From the NCBI GenBank assembly GCA_963840385.1, contig CAWIYS010000009.1, forward strand, positions 189,087 through 253,086: a DNA stretch of 64,000 nt, written 5' to 3'. Source of the DNA: an uncultured Chloroflexia bacterium. Lineage in GTDB: Bacteria > Chloroflexota > Dehalococcoidia > DSTF01 > JACRBR01. Both the position numbers and the translations under genes were made by a program. Shown here piece by piece: positions 30,207-39,771 of the stretch (its first letter is position 1; every line of letters starts with the position of its first letter). The notes under the pieces were generated by a model that had not been told where the DNA came from, searched no databases, and saw only the letters and a list, made by a program, of their open reading frames with translations.

Positions 30207-31127
30207 CTACGGCGACAGCACTTCGAGCGACCACACCGGGTGGACTTCGTTGTGGCCGTGGACCGTATCGAGCACCCACGGGCCCTTCACGCGGACGCGC
30301 TCGCCCACCTTCGGCGCGCGCACGTTCGGCTGGTCGAGCGGGACGATCTCCATGTGCAGCCAGCCGTGCATGTTCTTACGGTTGCCGTCGTTGATCAGCC
30401 GCAAGTCGTCGCCTGACAGTTCGACGTTGAACGAGAGGTCACCGTCGCCCTCGCCCGCCGCCGGCTCCTCGACCTCGCGCACGATGCCCTCGACGGTCAC
30501 GCACGGATCGAGCACCTTCAGCCGCGACGGCAGGTAGACGCCGCCGAGCGGGTCGCCCTCGACGCAGCCGTCGGCGCGGAAGACGCGCGGCTCGGCGGGC
30601 GGCGCGCCCCGACCGGCGGCGGCGAGCGCGGTCTGCAGGAAGTGGTCGGAGAGCCGCCACTCGCCGCTCTCGAACACGAGGAACGCGACGTCGGTCAGCG
30701 GATACGTCTGCCCCTGGTAGGCGATGAGCAGCGTCAGGCCGAGCTGCGCCTGGTCGCCGTTGACGGTCCGGCTATTGATGCTCTGCAGGCCAACATGGAA
30801 GTTCGCGTCGGCGCCGGCGAGCTTCTGCACGAGCGCCTGCACGGCCTCGGGCGTGAAGCTCGATCGCGCCTCGGTCGAAAGGCGATCGTAGACGCCCGCG
30901 TAGTCCTGCCGGTTGATCGCGTCGACGAGCGCGCGGAAGCCGGCCTCAGGATCCTCTCGCGTCGCGGCGGGCGACGGCGCGGGCGTGGCCGCCGGCGCGG
31001 GTGTGGCCGTCGGCGACGCCGACGAGCCGCTGCACGCGACGGCCGATGCAGCGAGCAGGGTGATGATGGCGCAGACGCACATCGTCGCCGCTCGCCGCGC
31101 GGAGTTGCTGCGATCGGCCGGTATCAA
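30207..31127 (-). CDS. Hypothetical lipoprotein
   Basis: MCVCAIITLLAASAVACSG is a signal peptide plus lipobox. A TPAP-rich linker follows, then a globular domain of unknown family. Confidence 0.5.
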   Translation of the reverse strand: MIPADRSNSARRAATMCVCAIITLLAASAVACSGSSASPTATPAPAATPAPSPAATREDPEAGFRALVDAINRQDYAGVYDRLSTEARSSFTPEAVQALVQKLAGADANFHVGLQSINSRTVNGDQAQLGLTLLIAYQGQTYPLTDVAFLVFESGEWRLSDHFLQTALAAAGRGAPPAEPRVFRADGCVEGDPLGGVYLPSRLKVLDPCVTVEGIVREVEEPAAGEGDGDLSFNVELSGDDLRLINDGNRKNMHGWLHMEIVPLDQPNVRAPKVGERVRVKGPWVLDTVHGHNEVHPVWSLEVLSP

Positions 31128-31129
31128 CG

Positions 31130-33195
31130 TCAGCTCTTCTGCCCGCCGCCGGATGGACCGGCCGGGGGCGGGCTGCCGCCGGCGGGCGGCTGGATCGCTA
31201 CGCGGTTGCCGGCCAGGAGCTGGGCGATGAACGCCGAGAAGACGTTGCCGCCGCCACCACCATCACCGCCACCGCCGCCGACCATGATGTCCGGCGTGAT
31301 CTTCAGCCCGGCGCCGGCGATGCTCTTCGTCACCTCGATGCCGGCGAGGTTCATCTGGCCGACGGCCGCGACCTGCTTCTCGTAGGCCTCCGCCGTCGCG
31401 GTGCCGACGGCGAGGATCTTCTTGCCTTCCGCTTCGCCTTCGAGTTCGACCGAGCGAGCGCGGCCCTCCGCCTCGATTGATCATCTTCTGTTTCGTCTGC
31501 TCGGCTACCTGAACGCCGATCTGGGCCGCCACCAGCTCAATCTGCTTGTCGGCCTTCGCGCGGGTGTTCTCCGTGTCGATGCGCTTCTCCTCGGACTTCT
31601 GCTGCTCGACGTACATGTCCTGCTGTTGCGACGCGATCACGCGCCGCGTGTGAATCTCCATCAGCTCCTGCGGCAGGATGATCTGCGAGATCAGCACGGA
31701 GACGCACTCGACGTGGTACTTCTCCAGCTCTTCCCGGGTGCGCGCTTCTGCCTTCGACTGCTCGTCCGCGCGGTCCTGCATGAAGTTCATCGCCTCCGAC
31801 GACGACGCCTGGTTGCGGAACGACGAGTCGATCATCGGGTGGACGACGTGGTCGATCAGGTTCTCGATCGAGCCGATCTTGGCGACCATCAGCGGCGCCT
31901 GCTCCGGACGGACGCGGATGACGACCTTGACGCCGACGCTCATCTCGAACCCTTCCCGGCTGATCACCGCCAGCGGGTTGAAGAGCTGAAGCCGCCGGCC
32001 GCCAGCCTTCGCATCGTCTTCGGTGGCGACCGCCGTCGCCATCGCCTCATCGGCCCAGTCGATCGTGAGGTTCGTGGTCGGGACGATGTAGGCGATGTAC
32101 GCCCAGCGGTTCAGATAGTAGACGCCGGGCCCCGCCACCTCGGCCTGGATGCCGCGGAAGCCCGCAGGCACGACGTAGCGCTCTTTCCCCGCCAGCCGCT
32201 CTTCCTGTGCGAGGTCAGGCGGCTCCTTGCCGACGTTCGACACGAGCACCGCCACCTCGCCGCGCTGGACGACGGCGACGTCGTCGAGCTTCACATCGAA
32301 CATCAGCGGGTTGACGTAGTACGTGCCGGGCTTCAGGAGATCGAACTGGGGCCCGCGCTGGCCGCCGTTCGCGAGGAATGCCGAAGGGTCCTGGAAGTCG
32401 TTGTGCCCGGTGACCGATGCCGCGACGAGCTCGCCCTCGGGCAGCGGCGAGCCATCCTTCGCGGTCACGAGCCCGACCTGGTTGGCTTTCACGATCGTCG
32501 CCGGCTGCACGTCGACGCTGAAGAGGTCGGTGTTGATGCGGTACCGGCCGGGGAAGATGACCTCGATCTGCGGTCCGCGCTGGCCGCCCTTTTCGAGGAA
32601 CGCCTCGCCGTCCTGGAAAGCCTGGTGGCCATCGACGTGGTGCGCCAGCAGGCGGCCCGACACCATCGGATCGCCGTCGCGGGCGCTCACGACGCCGATC
32701 TGCCCCTGCGGCACGATGAGCGCCGGCTGGTTGCTCACGCGGAACAGGTACGTGTTGATGCGGTACTTGCCCGGCGGCAGGATGTCGACCTGCGGCCCCT
32801 TCTGGCCGCCGTTGCGCAGGAAGGCCTCGCCGTCCTGGAACGTGTCGTGGTCGTCGGCGTGACGCCCGAAGATGTGGCCGGGGTCGAGCGGTTGGCCGTC
32901 GATCGACTCGATCAGCCCGACCTCGTCCTTCGGCGACCAGGATCATGTCGGCCTTCTTGACGCGGTAGATGAAGGGCGGGAGGAACGTCAGTCCCGGCTG
33001 GAGCACGCGCGCCTGGAGGCCGATCTCGCCGCGCATCGCGACCACCCGCGCCGGCGGCAGCTGACGGCCGAAGTACCTCCGCTCCAGAATCCCGACCTGC
33101 TGGCCGCCGATGTTCACGAGCATCCGCCCGAACACGACGAGAAACAGGAAGATGAGCACCGCTGCGACGACGCCAATGAATATCCCGACGGCCAT
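31130..33195 (-). CDS. Flotillin/SPFH (band-7) family membrane protein with three tandem N-terminal repeats of about 75 aa. Two frame disruptions near 32935 and 31478.
   Basis: The N-terminal TM is MAVGIFIGVVAAVLIFLFLVVFG. The repeat unit is DGHxxFQDGEAFLxxGGQ+GPQxDxLxPGxYRIN, found three times. The SPFH body and a coiled-coil Gln/Glu/Lys-rich region follow. The Gly-rich tail (GGGGGDGGGGGNVFSAFIAQLL) lies in another frame. Confidence 0.6.
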
Positions 33196-33352
33196 GGGGC
33201 TTCATCCTTTCCAGTTGTGTTGGGTGCGGGCGCGCCTGTGTGTTGGCTGCGAAGATACTACGGACGTTCGGTAACGTCCATCCTGGATCAGTTATGTCGT
33301 GTGTGATGCGGGGCCGGCGTTCGGGCGCGCGACTCGGCGGGCTCCGTACGCC

Positions 33353-34522
33353 TTACGTCGCAGACAACGCGGGGGCGTCTGGGGCGAGCGCGTGGGCGCC
33401 GGATGCCGGCGCGGCCGCGAGGCTCGCCGGGCTGTACGGCAGCTCGACTTCGACCATCGATCCCTTGCCGAGCACGGAGCGGACGTTGAGCACGCCGCCG
33501 AGCAGTCGCACGCGCTCGGACATGCCGGCCAGCCCGAGCCGGCCCGAGCCTGCGAGGTCGCTGAGCGTCGGCGGCACCGTGAAGCCGACTCCGTCGTCTG
33601 TCACCGTCATCGTCAGCTTGCGGCCGTCGGTGCGGACCGACACCACCGCCTGCGATGCGCCGGCGTGGCGTGCGACGTTGCGCAGCGCCTCCTGCGCGAT
33701 GCGAAACAGCAGCAGCTGCGTGTTCATCGGGTAGTCCGCCAGGCGGTCGTCCGCCTCCACCTGGATCTTGATGCCGTACTCATCGTGCATCTGGTCGCCG
33801 AGCCAGTCGAGCGCCGCGGCGAGGCCGTGGTCGTCGAGGATGCGGGGCCGCAGCCCCTGGCTGATCCGCCGGAGGCCCGACAACGTCCGCACCACCGATT
33901 CGCGCACGCCGAGCAGGTCGCCGACGAGTTCGTCGCCGAGGCGCGCGCGCTCGCGTTCGCACAGGCTGTCGAGGCGCTGGCAGATGACGAGCAGCGCCTG
34001 CGCCGGCTCGTCGTGCAGCTCGAGCGCGATGCGGTTGCGTTCGTCCTCCTGCGCCGTCAGCACCTGGCGGATGAAGTAGCCCTGGCTCAAGTGCATCCGC
34101 GTCTGCGCGGCAGCGTCCTCCTGTTGCTGGACGATGATCAGCGTCAGCAGCGTCCCGACGACCATCACGCCGCCCATCTCCGGGATCGCGTGGTCGAGCT
34201 CCTGGCCGAGCAGCGCGCGGGGCAGCAGAATCGCGCCGCAGAGCGACAGCGTGCCGAGGCCGCCGCGCATGCCGAACACGTACGCCGCGTACATCACCGG
34301 CACGAGGAACAGGATGCGCTCCAGCGACTGCCGGTACGCCAGGCTCACGGGAGAGTCGTCGGCGGCGTGCGACAGCACCGGAAGCGCGTCGCCGTAGTGC
34401 AGCACGGTGCCGGTCACCATCAGGCCGGCGATCACCCACATGCGCAGCCGCGGCGCGGCGACGGCATCGAGCGTCCTTCTCCAGTACGGCGCCACACTGC
34501 GCTGAATGCCGATCGAGGTCAT
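33353..34522 (-). CDS. Sensor histidine kinase (HisKA_3/NarX-DesK type)
   Basis: It has N-terminal TM helices. The H-box reads ERNRIALELHDEPAQAL. The HATPase_c motifs are DDGVGF and GLGLAGMSERVRLLGG. Confidence 0.85.
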   Translation of the reverse strand: MTSIGIQRSVAPYWRRTLDAVAAPRLRMWVIAGLMVTGTVLHYGDALPVLSHAADDSPVSLAYRQSLERILFLVPVMYAAYVFGMRGGLGTLSLCGAILLPRALLGQELDHAIPEMGGVMVVGTLLTLIIVQQQEDAAAQTRMHLSQGYFIRQVLTAQEDERNRIALELHDEPAQALLVICQRLDSLCERERARLGDELVGDLLGVRESVVRTLSGLRRISQGLRPRILDDHGLAAALDWLGDQMHDEYGIKIQVEADDRLADYPMNTQLLLFRIAQEALRNVARHAGASQAVVSVRTDGRKLTMTVTDDGVGFTVPPTLSDLAGSGRLGLAGMSERVRLLGGVLNVRSVLGKGSMVEVELPYSPASLAAAPASGAHALAPDAPALSAT

Positions 34523-35322
34523 CGCCGCGCCCTCCCCCGCCCCACTGCCGCCTTGTGCGCCGCCCGTCCCGCGCCGTGGTCATGGGGCGCCGAGTCGCGG
34601 CCTTGGCCGAAGGTGTCGTCGGGCAGGAGGTCAGCCGGTGTCACCTCGTCGACCGCGATCCAGCCGCGCCGCACGGCGTGGAGCACGGCCTCGGTGCGCG
34701 AACCCACCGCCATCTTGTTGAAGATGTTCACCAGGTGCGCCTTGACCGTCGGCAGGCTGAGCGCCAGCTCCGACGCGATCTCCTTGTTACCGTGGCCCGC
34801 GCCGGCAAGACGCAGCACGGCCATCTCGCGCTCCGTGAGACGCTCGTCGCCCGGCTCCGACGGCGCGCGGCCCGACGAGCCGTAGGCGCGTGACAGCAGC
34901 TTGGACATAACGGTCGGGCCGAGCACCGCTTCGCCGGCGGCGATCGAGCGGATCGCCTGCACCAGCTCGTGACCGCCGGCGCTCTTCAGCAGGTAGCCCG
35001 CGGCGCCCGCTTCGAGCAGCCCCAGCACGTACCGCTCGTCGTCGTACGCGCTCAGGATCAGTACCGCGGTGCCAGGATGTGATCTCTTGATCTCGCGCGT
35101 CGCTTCAATGCCGGTGAGGCCGGGCATGACGATGTCCATGACGACGAGATCGGGGCGAAGCTCCTTCACGGCGGCGACCGCCTCGAGTCCGGTGGCCGCT
35201 TCGCCGACGACGGTGAGGTCGGGTTCTTCGTCGAGCAGCCGGCGCGTGCCCTCGCGAAACACGGCATGGTCGTCGGCAATGACGATCGTGGTCGGTTCCA
35301 CCACATGCCCATCCACGACCAC
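34519..35322 (-). CDS. NarL/LuxR-family response regulator
   Basis: The receiver is IVIADDHAVFREG...DLVVMDIVMPGLTG...ILSAYDD. The LuxR HTH is LTEREMAVLRLAGAGHGNKEIASELALSLPTVKAHLVNIFNK. Its stop overlaps the kinase start by 4 nt. Confidence 0.85.
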   Translation of the reverse strand: MVVDGHVVEPTTIVIADDHAVFREGTRRLLDEEPDLTVVGEAATGLEAVAAVKELRPDLVVMDIVMPGLTGIEATREIKRSHPGTAVLILSAYDDERYVLGLLEAGAAGYLLKSAGGHELVQAIRSIAAGEAVLGPTVMSKLLSRAYGSSGRAPSEPGDERLTEREMAVLRLAGAGHGNKEIASELALSLPTVKAHLVNIFNKMAVGSRTEAVLHAVRRGWIAVDEVTPADLLPDDTFGQGRDSAPHDHGAGRAAHKAAVGRGRARR

Positions 35323-35639
35323 GGTGCCCCCCTCAATCCAACGTTGACATTGTGGTGTGTTTCACAAGCGCTGTCTATGGCCGTTCGGATTAGTCCGTTC
35401 GATGGCCGTACCACCAAGGGATACCGAACGCCATATACCTTCGGCCGAGGTTAGGGAACGGTGATCGTGCGACTCTCCCGGTAGGAACGGCACGGTAGCC
35501 CCGGGTACAGCGAATGACGGTGGTACCGATTCTGGGGAACCGAGGTCGAAACCGAAGGGCACGCGGATGTCATTGGAAGTCAATGGGCGGCCCATTAGGT
35601 TGATCAAGAGGGGTCGCAGGAAGTGAAACAGGAGGTGAA

Positions 35640-36062
35640 GTGATGGATGCCGCGACACAGGTCGTCTTCATCCAGATGCCGCTTCTACTGGTGGTGGGAG
35701 TCGCCGCCGCCACTCTGGCCTGGTGGTACCACGAGGGCGCCATCGGCCGGCTCCTCGACGGCCGGCTCTCCGCAGGGCTGCGAGTCGGGTTCATTGTCGC
35801 CCTCGTCGTCCTGTGGGCGGTCGTGACGATCGTGTCCTGGTGGTGCCTGTTCCTGGGCGCCTACCTGGCGCTGTTCGCCGCTTACGTCCTGTTCGGCGTG
35901 GTCGGCGGCTGGGTGGCGCTCATCGCCTCCGCGCTCGTCATGGCCAGTGTGCCGCTCGTCTGGGGCGTGATCCTGTTCGGCCTCGCCCGCCGCGAACTCC
36001 GCTACGTGTCCGCGACGCGGCACATGCCAACCACGCACCACATCCGAGCGGTGCCGAGTTGA
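35640..36062 (+). CDS. Hypothetical integral membrane protein (4 TM helices)
   Basis: Hydrophobic helices are LLLVVGVAAATLAWW, GFIVALVVLWAVVTIVSWWCLFLGAYLALFAAYVLFGVVGGWVALIASALVMA and VPLVWGVILFGL. Confidence 0.45.
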   Translation: MMDAATQVVFIQMPLLLVVGVAAATLAWWYHEGAIGRLLDGRLSAGLRVGFIVALVVLWAVVTIVSWWCLFLGAYLALFAAYVLFGVVGGWVALIASALVMASVPLVWGVILFGLARRELRYVSATRHMPTTHHIRAVPS

Positions 36063-36084
36063 TCGGCGTCTTGAGGGTCGGGCC

Positions 36085-36789
36085 ATGAGAGAGAACGGAA
36101 CAAACGGAACAGCACCAGTCCAGGAACCGAAGGTCCGCGTGTTGCTTTGTCACGGCGTCCCCGTCGCGAGAATTGGCCTCCGCACCATCATCGAAGCGGA
36201 GCACGACATGGAGGTCGTTGGCGAAGTCGACGACATCGAGTCCGGACTGCCCCTCATCGATGAACTGCGGCCGCACGTGATTATCACGGACCTGAGCGGC
36301 GGCCGACTCGACGGGCTCGACGCGATTCGCACGATCAAGAACGTCGCCCCGGAGGTCAAGGTGCTGATACGCGCGTACCAGCGCAACGGCGAGTACTTCC
36401 TCCTCGCCATGCGCTCCGGGGCGGATGGCTACTTCACCCGCGACGCCGGTCCCGGCGAAGTGGCGAACGCCATCCGCACGGTCAACCGCGGCCAGAACTA
36501 CCTGGATCTCTCGACCGTGACGCAGCTCGTAACGACGTTCGTCGCGGGCAACGGCAAGGGCGGCAACATGGACCAGCAGTACGACGGGCTGACCGAGCGC
36601 GAGCGCGAGATCCTCTGCCTGGTCGCCACGGACCACACCAACGGCGAGATCGCCGACGTGCTCCACCTCAGCAAGCAGACGGTGCACAACATCCGCGCGC
36701 GGCTGATGGAGAAACTCGGCTTCCACGACCGGTTGCAGCTCGTGAAGTACGCGATCCGCCGGCGCATCGTCGGCCTGGAAGAAGTGTGA
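36085..36789 (+). CDS. LuxR/NarL-family response regulator with atypical receiver that lacks the N-terminal acidic DD pair
   Basis: The receiver-like N-terminus is VRVLLCHGVPVARIGLRTIIE...VIITDLSGGRLDGL. The LuxR HTH is LTEREREILCLVATDHTNGEIADVLHLSKQTVHNIRARLMEKL. Confidence 0.7.
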   Translation: MRENGTNGTAPVQEPKVRVLLCHGVPVARIGLRTIIEAEHDMEVVGEVDDIESGLPLIDELRPHVIITDLSGGRLDGLDAIRTIKNVAPEVKVLIRAYQRNGEYFLLAMRSGADGYFTRDAGPGEVANAIRTVNRGQNYLDLSTVTQLVTTFVAGNGKGGNMDQQYDGLTEREREILCLVATDHTNGEIADVLHLSKQTVHNIRARLMEKLGFHDRLQLVKYAIRRRIVGLEEV

Positions 36790-36821
36790 GGCTCCGCGCG
36801 GGCGGGTGAAGGAGGCATGAC

Positions 36822-37025
36822 ATGAACGTATTGATCACAACCCTCGAGTTCACCGGCAGTTGCCTGGCGCTGGGGCTGGGGCTCTTCCTGGCCGGCGAGG
36901 CCGCGCGCGAGTGGTCCCGCATCCGCCTGGCGGCCTCGGCCGGGACGCGGGCTGTCGCCGCACTGGGCGGCGCCGCGTTGCTGACCGTCGGTGCCTATGG
37001 CGCGCTGCTGAGCGTGCCGCTGTAA
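36822..37025 (+). CDS. Small hydrophobic protein (2 TM helices)
   Basis: It is 67 aa (MNVLITTLEFTGSCLALGLGLFLAGEAA...) and lies immediately upstream of the cytochrome genes. Confidence 0.3.
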   Translation: MNVLITTLEFTGSCLALGLGLFLAGEAAREWSRIRLAASAGTRAVAALGGAALLTVGAYGALLSVPL

Positions 37026-37052
37026 GCCAGCGCCGTTGGATGGAGCAGGGAG

Positions 37053-37787
37053 ATGTCCGGTCATCTGGCGCAATGTAGTCGACTCTGGGTCTGCTCGGCC
37101 GCCCTCGCCATCGCGGTCTGGTGGCTCGCCGGCGCACGGATCGCTTCCGCTGATCCGCCCCCGCCCGCCGGCGTCGATCCCGTGCCGAACGGACTCTGCT
37201 TCGTCTGCCACGGCCAGCCTGGCCTGACCACCGGCGCCAACGGCGAGGGACGCGCCATCGCCGACGTCAATCAGACGACCTTCACCGGCTCGGCGCACGG
37301 CGCGCAGACCTGCGTCTCGTGCCACGCCGACCAGTCGGCGCTGCCGCACCCGGCGCTCGCGCCGGCCGGCACCGCCGCGACGGCCGCCGATTGCGCGACC
37401 TGCCACAAAGAGGCCGCCGAGGGCTACCTCGAAAGCCCGCACGGCACGATGGCGGACCTGAAGGACAGCAACGGGCCGACGTGCGCGAGTTGCCACGGCA
37501 ACATCCACGCCGTCCAGCCGGTCGCCCAGTGGACCAAGGACGAGCGCGCCGCCGTCTGCGCGAACTGCCACTCCGGCGCGGGCACCGGCTTCCTGAAGGC
37601 GCTTAGCCACACGGCGCCGTCGCCGAGCAGCTTCCCGCTGGTCTACTTCGCTGGACGCTTCCTGACCGTCCTGGCGGCGTCCTCGCTCGCATTCGGAATC
37701 ATTCATGTGGAACTCGACCTGCTGCGCTGGCTCGTGCGGCGCTGGCGGCACGGGTCCGCGGGGGAGGAGCGATGGGACTCGATCTGA
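37053..37787 (+). CDS. Pentaheme c-type cytochrome (membrane-anchored or secreted)
   Basis: An N-terminal signal or anchor helix is present. Five CxxCH motifs are found: CFVCH, CVSCH, CATCH, CASCH and CANCH. A C-terminal hydrophobic helix is also present. Confidence 0.8.
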   Translation: MSGHLAQCSRLWVCSAALAIAVWWLAGARIASADPPPPAGVDPVPNGLCFVCHGQPGLTTGANGEGRAIADVNQTTFTGSAHGAQTCVSCHADQSALPHPALAPAGTAATAADCATCHKEAAEGYLESPHGTMADLKDSNGPTCASCHGNIHAVQPVAQWTKDERAAVCANCHSGAGTGFLKALSHTAPSPSSFPLVYFAGRFLTVLAASSLAFGIIHVELDLLRWLVRRWRHGSAGEERWDSI

Positions 37788-38683
37788 GAATCGCGGGACT
37801 TCGCGCGGACGCCCAGCCGATGACGGCGCGCAGCCGGGCGCGGGTGGCCATCCAGTCGGTCGTCCGGTTCGACGAGCACCAGCGCGTGCAGCACGTGCTG
37901 ATGATGAGCAGCTTCATCACGCTCGCGCTGACCGGGCTCCCGCAGAAGTTCAGCGACCTCAGCGTGAGCCAGTGGTGGGTCTCGACGCTCGGCGGGCTCG
38001 AGATGGTGCGCATCATCCACCGGACCGCCGGCATCATCATGCTCACCGACTGCATGTACCACCTCGCGTACCTCGTGTACCGGATGGGGTTCCAGGGACG
38101 CATGGGGCCGCTGCGGATGCTGCCGACGCCGAAGGACGGCATCGACATGGTCCAGACCATCTTCTACTTCCTGGGCCTGCAGGAGCGAAAGCCGAAGTTC
38201 GACCGCTTCAACTACATCGAGAAGTTCGACTACTGGGCGGTGTTCTGGGGCATCGCGATGATCGGCACGTCCGGGCTGCTGCTCATGTTCCCGGTGCTCG
38301 CGACGCAGCTGCTGCCCGGGCAGGCGCTGCCGATCGCCATCACCATCCACAGCGATGAGGCGATCCTCGCCGTCGGCTGGATCCTCATCGTCCACATGTT
38401 CAACGTGCACCTGGCGCCGTGGGTCTTCCCGTTCAGCCCGGCGATCTTTACCGGCAAGATGACGGCCCACCAGTGCGCCGAGGATCACCCGCTCGAGTGG
38501 CAGCGCATCGTCGCCAAGAGCGGCGACCAGCCAGTCGCGCGGGCGCTCACTGACGCGCAGACGCCGGTCGTCTCGATCGTCGCCGGGCGGATGCGCAACG
38601 TCGCCGACGCCTCGACGCGAGGAGCGAGGCTTCGCCTCCGCAACCTGCGCCGGCGGCTGAGCGCAAGGAGGACGGAGTCGTGA
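37772..38683 (+). CDS. Membrane b-type cytochrome (FdnI / Ni-hydrogenase cytochrome b family)
   Basis: It has four TM helices with conserved His residues (HVLMMSSFITLALTG, HRTAGIIMLTDCMYHL, HSDEAILAVGWILIVHMFNVH). Its start overlaps the upstream cytochrome c stop. Confidence 0.75.
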   Translation: MGLDLRIAGLRADAQPMTARSRARVAIQSVVRFDEHQRVQHVLMMSSFITLALTGLPQKFSDLSVSQWWVSTLGGLEMVRIIHRTAGIIMLTDCMYHLAYLVYRMGFQGRMGPLRMLPTPKDGIDMVQTIFYFLGLQERKPKFDRFNYIEKFDYWAVFWGIAMIGTSGLLLMFPVLATQLLPGQALPIAITIHSDEAILAVGWILIVHMFNVHLAPWVFPFSPAIFTGKMTAHQCAEDHPLEWQRIVAKSGDQPVARALTDAQTPVVSIVAGRMRNVADASTRGARLRLRNLRRRLSARRTES

Positions 38684-39756
38684 AGACGCGGGCGTTCGCC
38701 GCTGCCATCGCCGTTGCCGTGCTGCTGACCGCATCCGCGTTCGCGTGGGAGCGGCACGGCGGCGAGCAGGCGCTCACCGGCAGCGACGCGATGCTGGCGC
38801 TGACGGCGCCGGCGGCGGAAGCAACGCCGACGCCCGAAGCGGGGCCGACGGAAGCAGCTCCGCTGGTGCACCGCGAGCTCCGTACTGAAGAACTTCTCCT
38901 GCTTCGACTGCCACGGCGTCGACCGCGGCTTCGTGATGCCGGAGGATCACCGGCCGATGGCGGCGGCGGAGTGCACGAACTGCCACAAGCCCGTCGCCGA
39001 GCCGCCGGCGATCTCGCTGCACGACGACTCCCACCAGAAGTCACCGAGCGAGGAGTGCGCCGCGTGCCACACGACGTTCGGCGCGCCGCCCCGGCCCGCG
39101 ACGATCGCGCAGGGCACGTGCTTCGGCTGCCACGGCAGCGAGACGGACAAGGTGCTGCCGGCCACCCACGCGAAGCGCTCCGATGCGACGACGGTGTGCG
39201 TCGTCTGCCACCAGACGACAGCAACTGTCGATCCCATCCGTGCCGCACCGCACCAACGGCTATGAGCAGTGCACCTTCTGCCACGGACCGTCGCGGCTGA
39301 CGAAGCTCGACGGCGCGCACGTCTACCAGCCGGTCGAGCGCTGCCTCACGTGCCACCAGGCGGTGCAGCCGCCGGCGATCTACACCCGCATGCACTCGCT
39401 GGCCGACCAGACCCAGGGCTGCACGTCGTGTCACGCGCCGGCGGCGGTAGCGCCACTGCCGGTGAGCCACGAAGGGCGCACGGAGCTGATGTGCGCGCTC
39501 TGCCACCAGCCGGCGGACGAGCAGCCGCCCGATGTGCCGCACTCGCTCGACGAGCGCGGGCGTCTGCGCCAGCTGCCACGCGGCCAGCCAGGTCGGCAGC
39601 CTGCCGTGGGACCACTCGACGCGCACCGACCAGACGTGCACCGTCTGCCACGCCGAGCGCCCGGGCGGCGTGCCGCCGATCCCGCACGCGCTCACCAACC
39701 GCGCGGTCTGCACCGAGTGCCATGCGCCGACGAAGGACGCGGGCGCCGGCAACTGA
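38680..39756 (+). CDS. Multiheme c-type cytochrome with 12 CxxCH motifs. Three frame disruptions near 38850, 39240 and 39555.
   Basis: The signal peptide is MKTRAFAAAIAVAVLLTASAFA. CxxCH motifs are spread over three reading frames: CFDCH, CTNCH, CAACH, CFGCH, CVVCH, CTFCH, CLTCH, CTSCH, CALCH, CASCH, CTVCH and CTECH. The start overlaps the cytochrome b stop. Confidence 0.7.
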
Positions 39757-39771
39757 TTCAGCCATGGGATA

